Shown here: positions 48,272 through 58,401 of the stretch, piece after piece
How positions within the stretch are numbered: position 1 is the stretch's first letter
Layout: every line of letters begins with the position of its first letter
Source of the DNA: an uncultured delta proteobacterium
GTDB lineage: Bacteria > Desulfobacterota > Desulfuromonadia > Desulfuromonadales > BM103
Assembly: GCA_963715335.1 (NCBI GenBank)
Contig: CAVQRZ010000022.1
Span: forward strand, 96,001-160,000
Direction of reading: 5' to 3'
DNA: 64,000 nt
The notes under the pieces: model-generated
The model's input: only the letters and a program-made list of their open reading frames with translations
What the model was told of the DNA's origin: nothing
The model's database searches: none
Position numbers and translations under genes: made by a program

Positions 48272-51200
48272 ATGATGATACGCTTATCCCTCTCCCTGAT
48301 GCTTGCCGCAGCGCTGCTGCCGGGGCTCGCCTTTGCCGGGCCGGACGACTATATCGGCGATACCGCCATCTACGGAGGCGAGACCGCCCTGGTCAAGCCG
48401 AACGTTCTGATCATTTTCGATACCTCCGGGAGTATGGGCGGCGTGATCGATACCGAGGTCTGCTACCCTGACCCGGATACCGACGATGACGGGGTCGACG
48501 ATGTCGACGACAATTGTCTCGTCGTGCCCAACGCCGACCAGGCTGATGCCGATGACGACGGCATCGGTGATGCCTGTGATGACGACACGGTCTGGCCGGA
48601 CTCGGATGGCGATGGTATTGCCGACAATGTCGACAACTGTCCCCTGACGCCCAACCCGGGCCAGGAAGATACCTTTGGCGACCGACAAGGGGGATGCCTG
48701 CGAAAACGACGGCACGGGCGGATACGACCCGGATTTCGACTATACCAACGGCAGCCGGATTGAGGCATGTGGCCGATACCAATGGTGGAATCACAGGTAT
48801 GAGGAGAACTGCTACATGGATGCGATCTACCAATGCGACCGCGATGACTGGGACAGCCGGAGCGGCACCTGCTCGAGGTGGGAAGAAATCCTCCATGATG
48901 GTTTCAATAGCAATCACCGGTCTGATAACGACTGCGATGAAGTGATAGAAGCCTTGGAAACCACGGGGCAGTTCATTGGCGAGGTCAGAGTCCGCAGCAA
49001 TGATTGCAGAGATTCAGACCGTAACCGTTATTTCGCCACCGGTAACTGGGTTGCCTGGTACGTCACCACTTCCGGGGGCACCGTCTTCACTGAAGGGCCG
49101 GGAATCTACGGCAGTATCGCCCAGACTGATCCGGACGCGATGCTGCAGGACGGCATGTCGACCGGTGCTCCGGCCGCAGCCGACAGTGCTGTGCCGGGAC
49201 CGCCGGATGCCGCATCGTCCAGCGCCACCAGTGCGGTGGCCGGGATGATCTGCGAGACGGTCTCGCGGCCCAAGAACTCGATCGCACGCGAAGTGGTCGA
49301 GGATATCATCAACTCCACCGCGGGTGTGAATTTCGGCATCATGCAGTTCAACGGGGAGAATGGCGGTAAAATTGCCAGCCGGACTGTCGGCGGCGCACTT
49401 TACCGGGCCGAAATCAAGGATATGGACGCAATCCATACCGGGACCACCACCAACCAGGAGGCCCTGATTGAACTCGTGAGGAATCTCCCTGCGGACAGCT
49501 GGACGCCGCTCGGCGAGACGCTGTTCGAAGCCATGCGCTATCTCAAGGGCGAAAACAGCGCCTTCCAGACTGGTGTCAGCTACGATTCACCGATCATGGC
49601 CAGCTGCCAGCAGACCTACGTGATCCTGATCACCGACGGCATGTCGACCAGGGACCGCGCTACGGTCTTAAGATCGATCTGCAGCAACGGCGACTGCGAC
49701 GGTGACAGCAATGAGCCTGGCAGCTTCCCCGATGATGGCTCCGACTACCTGGACGACGTCGCCAAGTACCTGCATGACACCGACCTGTCGACCGGCGACG
49801 ACGGCTACGCCGGTACCCAGTATGCCCTGACCTTCACGGTCGGCTTCGGCTTCGGCGGCGGCAACGCCGACGCAGTCCAACTGCTCGAGGATACCGCGGA
49901 AAACGGTGGCGGCGTGGCCTATCTTGCCGAGAATTACCAGGCGCTGACCGGCGCGCTGACCTCGATCCTCGGCCAGATCCTCGAGGTCAACTCCTCTTTT
50001 GTCGCTCCGGTGGTGCCGACCAACCCCGAGAACAAGACCTTTAGCGGCAAGCGCGTCTACCTCGGCTTCTTCAAACCGATTACCAACAACGACTGGTACG
50101 GCAACCTGAAGAAGTTCGGCTTGAGCGTTGCCGGCGACGTGGTCGACAAAAACGGTGTCGTGGCGACCGACGTCAACGGTCGTTTCCTGACGACCTCCAC
50201 GTCGTTCTGGTCGACCACTCCCGATGGCAGCAACGTCGATGACGGAGGGGTCGGCAAGCTCCTTGCGGACAGGGATTTCGGGGTTTCCCCGCGCCTGATC
50301 TACACCTACACCGGCACCCAGAGCGACCTGACCCACGCGACCAACCGTTTCGCCAGGGTCGCCGTGAACCCGGCGCTGACGCCGGCGATGATGGAAGTCT
50401 CGACCAGTACCGAGAGCAACCAGATTGTCGACTACATTACCGGTTTCGATGTTTACGATGCGGATGGGGACGGCAACACGACTGAGCGCCGCGAGTGGAT
50501 CATGGGGGACATCCTTCACTCGAAACCGAACATTCAGGCCTATAACAGCTACAGTCTGGCCGACGAGGCTGATATTACCAAGAACCTGACGACCATTTAT
50601 GTCGGCGGCAACGACGGCCAGCTGCACGCATTCCGCGATGCCGACGGCGCCGAACTGTGGTCATTCATCCCCCCGGCCGCGCTGCCTGACCTGCGCTTTC
50701 TGGGCAACAATATCCACAACTACTTTATCGATGCCAGCCCGAGTATTTACGTCTATGACAAGGACCGCGACGGCAATATCGGTCCGTTGGCAGAAACGCT
50801 GGCGACCGATCACGATCTTTTCGGGGTCACTGATAACGGACTGGACGACAAAGTCATCCTTATCTTCGGTATGCGTCGCGGCGGCGGTATCGATACGCTG
50901 AACGGCAGTTTGAGCCGCGGCTCCTATTTTGCGCTTGACGTGACCAACCCGACCGCGCCGAAGTACCTGTGGGAAATCAACTCGACGACAACCGGTTTCG
51001 GTGAACTCGGGGAGACCTGGTCGCAAATGTCGTTCGCTAAAATGAGAGTCAACAGCATCGTCAGGCTGGTGGCCTTTGTCGGCGCCGGTTATGACAACAA
51101 CGAGGACATGCGCTTTGGCGACACGCAGCTTTTCCCTGACGGTTCGGACGAGTCTACCGAATCGACCCTGCGGGCCGACGATGCCACGGCGCCGGCCAGC

Positions 51201-52294
51201 CCCGGCACATCGTCTCAGTTCAACCCGCGTGGCCGCGGCATCTATGTCCTGGAGCTGGCAACCTTCAATTCCTCCGGGGTGCCCAGCTTCCATGCCAGCC
51301 CGGTCAAGCTGTGGGAGTATGTTTACATGCCGCACGGGTGAGTACGGACCCGGACAATAACCCGACCTATTCATTCCCGACGGATATCGTCCCCCTCGAT
51401 TCCGATTTCGACGGGCTTATTGACAAGCTCTATGCCGGCGATACCGGCGGCAACCTGTGGCGATTCGACGTCAAAAGCACCGTTGCCAGCAGCGACTGGT
51501 CGGCGAAAAAAATCTTCAGCGCCAACCCGAGCGATCAGGACAACAGCGTTGAAGACCCGGTCACCAACGGCCGTCGCATCCTGTATCCGCCTTCCGTGAT
51601 CCTGGAAGCCGATTATATCGGTCTCTATTTCGGCACAGGCGATCGGGCACATCCTCTGAATGAGGGGACCATCGACCGGTTGTATGCTTTGTATGACCGG
51701 GAGCAGGCTACGGCCAAAACCGAGGCAGACATGGTCAACGTTACAATCGATTATCTCCAGGTCTCCGATCCTCCGGCCTATACGGGGACGTGCCCTGATG
51801 ACGACAATTCGGTAATCTGTATTCTGCAGCGGCTGTACAGCACGGATAAATACGGCTGGTTCATCAAGCTGGACCAAAACACCGGTGAAAAAGCCCTGGC
51901 CCCGGCGGTGGTGTTCAACAAGGTCGCTTACTTTACGACTTATACGCCGAACTTCGTTACCGACGACCCCTGCCTCGCGGGCAACCTCGGGGTCGGCAGG
52001 ACCTACGCCGTGGACTATAAAACCGGTGAAGCAGTCTTTAACTTCGATCCGACCAACGATGTTGAATTCGCATCCAACAACAACGACCGGGCCGAATCGA
52101 CCCAGCTTGAAGGGGTTATCCTGCGACGCTCCGACCGCAGCCTGGTCATGGCCTCAGGTATTCCTTCCGGCGTCGTCATCTACGTTCGCGAGGACGGATC
52201 GACCGGTGCTCTGATCGGTTGCGGCGGCGGTATCTGCCCGAGTGATACGCTACCGGGAGGTACGGTTATCCCGATTTACTGGATGCAGGAGTGA
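48272..52294 (+). CDS. pilY1: PilY1/PilC pilus-tip adhesin (vWA with TSP3-like insert, beta-propeller); apparent frameshifts near 48682 and 51327
   Basis: NVLIIFDTSGSM, TPLGETL, ILITDG, MGDILHSKP, GGNDGQLHAF, GETWS and YAGDTGGNLWRFD across three consecutive ORFs. Confidence 0.9.
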
Positions 52295-52305
52295 TAAAAA
52301 CTGCT

Positions 52306-53252
52306 ATGAAAGTAACGGTATTAGTGGCCTTTCTCTGTGCTGCTTCTGTCCGGTTGCGGGTCAGATGAACCGCAACCGGGGTTGACCGACAGTCAGGGCA
52401 AGCCTCACAACCAAACGGTTTCGACCGCCGGTGGCAGCGTCAGGCAGGGCAGCAGCGGCACAGAGAGTACAGGCGCTGTCAGCCTGGATTTCCTGGCGTC
52501 CGAGGTGGTGTCGGGGAGCTTGGCCGAGGTTAATGTCTCTGGCTGCAGCGGTCGTGTCGCTTTTACCTGGTCGGTAAATGGCGCTCCAGTGGAAGGGGCA
52601 ACCGGACCGCGTCTGGCCGCTGGATATTTCAAACGCGATGATGACGTCACGGTTTCAGTCTCCTGTGGCGGCGAGCGCGAGACAATCTCGGCGACGGTTT
52701 TGAACGGCCTGCCCGAGGTGATAAGGGTTAATTTCCAGGACCCGGTCATCGCCAACGGCAAGGAGATTGTCGTCGAAGCCGAGGCCACTGACCCGGACGG
52801 TGATGAGGTCGGGTTTGATTACCAATGGTTTGTAAATGGCGAGGAAGTTGCGATCGATGGCAACCGACTCCCCGCAGCGATGGTGAGAACCGGTGAGCAG
52901 ATAGACCTTACGGTTGTGCCAAGTGATTTCTACGGTGTAGGTCCTCCATACAGCGGCAAAAGCTTGACGGTCCCTAACTCTCCTCCGCACTTTGTGTCGC
53001 AGCCGCCCCAGTCGTTTCGGCTTGAGCAGTACTCTTATCCCGCTCAGGCGGTGGACCCCGATGGTGACCAAATCGTCTATCGCGTTGAGAATGGTCCTCC
53101 CGGTCTGCAGGTCGATGCAGCAGACCGGCCTTGTCACATGGGACCTTTTGGCCGCAGAACCGGGGGCGTACACGGTTCGTATCGTTGCTGAAGACCCCGC
53201 AGGGCTGTTCTCGGCCCAGGAGTTCTCTTTCACCCTGCAATCATCGGAGTAA
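52306..53252 (+). CDS. Lipoprotein with Ig-like/He_PIG-like repeats; apparent frameshifts near 52333 and 53121
   Basis: LSGC lipobox; DPDGD twice, YQWFVNG, NSPPHF and PPGLQVD..TGLVTW. Confidence 0.7.
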
Positions 53253-53257
53253 TTCCA

Positions 53258-53773
53258 GTGCGCATTACAGAACAAGGGTTCTCGCTGATAGAGTTGATTG
53301 TAGTCATTTTTATGATCAGTCTCCTCATGGCGATCGGTTTGCCGGGCTTCCTCGAATGGAGGTCGCGAATCGTTTACAAGGAAAATGCGGAGAGTGTCGC
53401 AGCGGCTTTGCGTGAGGCCAGGATGCTCTCGCATTCACACAATCTCCAGTATCGGGTTGAGTTCGACTTAGCCGGTCAGCGCTACCGGGTGACACAGGGC
53501 AATCGCGCCCAGAACAGCTCTGATTTCAGTACTGTCTTTAAAAATTGGACGGCAATGAACCCGATCCTCTTGTTGAAACGTGATGTCGATTGTGCCGCAA
53601 CCGGCGACTTCAGCCTCGGCTTTAATGCCAACGGCACAGCGGCCACCAGTTATCTCGACGGGACACCATCGTCTGATTATCTCTGTATCCTGGATGCTGG
53701 CACGATGACGGGATACCGGGTAGGGGTCTCCTCTGCCACAACGGGAAGAGCTGTTGTTGACCGTCACCCGTAA
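53258..53773 (+). CDS. FimU/FimT/GspH-like minor pilin
   Basis: GFSLIELIVV, LREARM and FNANG. Confidence 0.85.
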   Translation: MRITEQGFSLIELIVVIFMISLLMAIGLPGFLEWRSRIVYKENAESVAAALREARMLSHSHNLQYRVEFDLAGQRYRVTQGNRAQNSSDFSTVFKNWTAMNPILLLKRDVDCAATGDFSLGFNANGTAATSYLDGTPSSDYLCILDAGTMTGYRVGVSSATTGRAVVDRHP

Positions 53774-53804
53774 AGCCGTCAGCACCAGGCTGTGTTTGTT
53801 CGCT

Positions 53805-54770
53805 ATGCAGAGAACTTTTGCGCAACTCTTGCTGTGCCTGGGCTTGATCTCATGCCTCCTTCTGGTCAGACCCCCGGATGCAAGATCAGACGCCGAGGCG
53901 CTCTATGGCAAGCTCAAAAGTTCTGCGCTCGAAGTGCTGGTCGACGGCAGATTATCCGGCAGCGGTTGTTTTGTCACTTCATATGGTTTGGCCCTGACCG
54001 CAGCGCACATCTTAAAGTCTGCAAAACAGGTTGAAGTCCTCACCAATGGCTTCGGCAGGCTGAACGCTGTTGTCGTTGCCACCGATCTCGGCAACGATCT
54101 GGCGTTGTTGCGGATTGAGCGACTGGCGGGGTTGTTCCCGCACCTTGAGCTGTCTAACCGGGTCCCGACCATCGGCGAGTCCGTGTACCTGTTCGGCGCT
54201 CCGGTTTATCGTCATAACCTGATGGTGACGGGGCGCCTGGCGAAACCGGAGACACAATTTGAATGGAATGAGGTCAACAAACGATACACTGAAGTCTACC
54301 CCGTCGCGGCGATGACCCCGGAAGGGTTTTCCGGTGCACCCTGGGTAGATGAAGAGGGCGAGATCGTCGGCCTGCAGAGTGGCATGCTGAGTTGGAAGGG
54401 CAGTCCAATGGGCGTCGCCTTTATGATTCCAGCGAGGGCATTGAGTCGGCTTGTCGCTGCAGTGAAGGATGTCGAAAGCCCCAGTCTTGGCGCGATCGTT
54501 GCCGACAATTGGGAACAGACCTTTCTCCAGGCTGTGGGACGTCGGAGTCCGGGGGCGGGAGTCGGTGTTGTTAAAACGTTCAGCAATGGGACTCTTGCCA
54601 ACGCCGGGATACACAAGAACGAAGTTTTGCTTGGCATCAACGGCGTGAGTCTTGACTCGAGGGATCAATTACTGCATATATTGAAAGGCCACAATCTCGG
54701 TGCCGTTCTGCAGATGGATGTACTGCGTGAATCGGGGGAACGTGTCGTTGTTCCGGCGAAGTTGTATTGA
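53805..54770 (+). CDS. Trypsin-like serine protease with PDZ domain
   Basis: GSG, TAAH, DLALL and GFSGAP triad motifs; C-terminal PDZ-like segment. Confidence 0.85.
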   Translation: MQRTFAQLLLCLGLISCLLLVRPPDARSDAEALYGKLKSSALEVLVDGRLSGSGCFVTSYGLALTAAHILKSAKQVEVLTNGFGRLNAVVVATDLGNDLALLRIERLAGLFPHLELSNRVPTIGESVYLFGAPVYRHNLMVTGRLAKPETQFEWNEVNKRYTEVYPVAAMTPEGFSGAPWVDEEGEIVGLQSGMLSWKGSPMGVAFMIPARALSRLVAAVKDVESPSLGAIVADNWEQTFLQAVGRRSPGAGVGVVKTFSNGTLANAGIHKNEVLLGINGVSLDSRDQLLHILKGHNLGAVLQMDVLRESGERVVVPAKLY

Positions 54771-54847
54771 CTCCAGTTATAAGATAGATGTTACGAACTT
54801 TTTTCGTTGCAAGTCTACTATCTTATCAAAATGGGATGATCTGAGAG

Positions 54848-55129
54848 ATGATGGAATCTACTAATCAGCAGCAAAACAATTTTGCTCTTCTGCTTAAAAG
54901 TATCGATGACCCGAAGCTGATTTACATGACGGCAAAAAAACTTGCCGAACTGTGGCCGGAAAACAGTTTTGTCAGCTGGAAAGCCAAGCTGGAGGGCGGT
55001 AACCCGATCATTCTGCAACGGGCAAAGAGGCGTGCGGATCTCTTGGCCCTTAAATCGAAGCTCGAAGCGATTCACGCACCCGTTGATGTCGTAGAGCAAA
55101 AGTCGATTGGCGGGAAACCCGTGTTCTAA
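54848..55129 (+). CDS. Hypothetical protein
   Basis: 93-aa ORF filling the gap; no motif recognised. Confidence 0.5.
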   Translation: MMESTNQQQNNFALLLKSIDDPKLIYMTAKKLAELWPENSFVSWKAKLEGGNPIILQRAKRRADLLALKSKLEAIHAPVDVVEQKSIGGKPVF

Positions 55130-55210
55130 AATTTTCGGGAATCGCTTCTGGTACAGCAGAGCTTGGGCGCTGTCACCCTGTGTTGTAAGGTGAGGGCGGG
55201 TTGAAAAAGT

Positions 55211-55240
55211 AACGGGAGAGCCACTAGGCTCTCCTGTTTC
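55211..55240 (+). terminator. Probable terminator
   Basis: AACGGGAGAGCC-acta-GGCTCTCCTGTTT. Confidence 0.65.
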
Positions 55241-55276
55241 AGTCTGCTGACAAAGTTCAGCCAGATTACAAGATAG

Positions 55277-55808
55277 AGGGCAACAGATGGTTTATCTGTT
55301 GCCCTTATTCATTGGACGCTGGAATTCAAAGACAAAATCAAAACCGTCGGGGTTGCCCGACAGCAACTTCATTTTCTTTGTAGCGACAAAGAAAACGCAG
55401 CAAAAGAAAGCTTGGCGCTGCGCTGGGCATGTCTGGCTCGGTAGGGCGGCAACCTCAATCCGGATGGTTCTAAACGATCAGAATCCTACGTTTCCCCCGC
55501 AGGAGCCGAGGCTCTTGAGAGCCTCTCCTGCTGTGGAGACTTGCGTTGATAGAGGTTGTTTTGGCTTTTCCCTGGTAGATCACACGGCAAGGTCAGGCCC
55601 TTTGACACAGGGCCGGATCCCATCAGCAGCAGGTTCTTGAAGTCACAGAAATCCGGCAAAGGAGATGCCCTCCGCAAGGAGAAGGCACTTTTGCATACTT
55701 TTGTTGCCGGACAAAAGTATGGCGTCTGGCGGGACGCGACCCGCCGGTTTTGCTTTTAAGCTTTTAAGAAAAGGAAAAAGGGCAACAGATTAACCATCTG
55801 TTGCCCTT
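55277..55808. mobile_element. Non-coding MITE/REPIN-like element bounded by palindromic terminal inverted repeats
   Basis: AGGGCAACAGAT-ggttt-ATCTGTTGCCCT (55277-55305) and AGGGCAACAGAT-taacc-ATCTGTTGCCCT (55779-55807); inner ~65 bp arms are imperfect inverted copies. Confidence 0.6.
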
Positions 55809-55857
55809 AGCTTCAGACAAACTCCACCTGCACCTCACATGCGGAGTTTGTCAATGA

Positions 55858-55894
55858 CCAGAAACGGGAAGCCTCGCGACTCTCCCGTTTCTGG
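55858..55894 (-). terminator. Probable terminator after eno
   Basis: CCAGAAACGGGA...TCCCGTTTCTGG stem 16 bp downstream of the eno stop. Confidence 0.65.
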
Positions 55895-55910
55895 TTAACT
55901 GCGTGGATTG

Positions 55911-57257
<1,347 letters not shown>

Positions 57258-57403
57258 TTATAGCACATCGAAACAAAATATAAACCCCTTTTTGCTGTTT
57301 TAATCGTGCTTATTACGTGAGGGATTTGATTTGCGACATACAAGGTGGTATTTTAGAAAACCCGTCACCTTAAGTCAGGTGAGAAACAACGATATTTAAG
57401 GTT

Positions 57404-58375
57404 TTGTATTTGGACGATAATTCACAACGGCAGAGTTTTGAGCCGACTGACCCGAAGCTGGCGCATGCCCTGTTCGGGCAACAGAACCGACACCTGAGAC
57501 AGATTGAGCGACTCACGGGTGTGCGGGTCAGCTCCAAGGGTACGACGGCGCTGCTCGAGGGCACAGATGACGCTTTGCCCCGTGCAATCCGTCTCCTGGA
57601 AGAACTGACCGCTCTGCTCGAAAAAGGTTTTGCTCTGCGACCGCCTGATATCGAGTACGCCGACCGCATCCTCAGTCAGGATGCTTCAGCCAACCTGGTA
57701 GATATTTTCCTCGACAATATAACTGTCTCATCGAGAAATCGCTCGATTGCGCCAAAATCAATCTCCCAGAAAAAATACCTCGATGCCATGCGCAAAGACG
57801 ATGTTGTGTTCGGGATCGGCCCGGCCGGCACCGGCAAGACCTATCTTGCCATGGCGATGGCGGTGGCACAGCTGAAGAAGAAAGAGGTCAGCCGGATCAT
57901 CCTGGTGCGTCCCGCGGTCGAAGCGGGGGAGAAACTTGGCTTCCTGCCGGGTGATCTTACCGAGAAAGTCAATCCCTACCTGCGCCCGCTCTTTGATGCC
58001 CTGTACGACTTGATGGATTTTGATCGTGGCCAGACCTTGATCGACCAAGGTGTAATCGAGGTTGCCCCGCTGGCGTTCATGCGTGGTCGGACACTGAATG
58101 ATGCCTTCGTCATTCTCGATGAAGCACAGAATACCACAACCGAGCAGATGAAAATGTTCCTGACCCGCCTCGGCTTCGGCAGTTCTGCGGTGATAACCGG
58201 GGACATCACCCAGATTGACCTGCCGAGCGGTCGCACCTCGGGGCTCATCCAGGCCATGGAGGTCCTGGGACGGGTTAAGGGCGTCAGTTTTGTTACTTTC
58301 TCCGATATGGACGTGGTCAGACACCCGATTGTTCAAGGGATTGTCAGGGCCTACGATGCTCATAAGTCCGGCTAG
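57404..58375 (+). CDS. phoH: PhoH-like ATPase (YbeZ)
   Basis: GPAGTGKT, RPAVEAGE, MRGRT and LDEAQN. Confidence 0.95.
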   Translation: MYLDDNSQRQSFEPTDPKLAHALFGQQNRHLRQIERLTGVRVSSKGTTALLEGTDDALPRAIRLLEELTALLEKGFALRPPDIEYADRILSQDASANLVDIFLDNITVSSRNRSIAPKSISQKKYLDAMRKDDVVFGIGPAGTGKTYLAMAMAVAQLKKKEVSRIILVRPAVEAGEKLGFLPGDLTEKVNPYLRPLFDALYDLMDFDRGQTLIDQGVIEVAPLAFMRGRTLNDAFVILDEAQNTTTEQMKMFLTRLGFGSSAVITGDITQIDLPSGRTSGLIQAMEVLGRVKGVSFVTFSDMDVVRHPIVQGIVRAYDAHKSG

Positions 58376-58401
58376 GAAATCCGCCGCGCAACAGGATGTA
58401 T

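Noticed and set aside
2259..53252. Calling the frameshifted genes pseudogenes or programmed frameshifts
   Set aside because: No accompanying decay and no shared slippery motif; the scattered single-base pattern fits read error better
55287..55759. ORFs inside the symmetric element
   Set aside because: They translate hairpin and repeat DNA, have no RBS and show no transposase motifs
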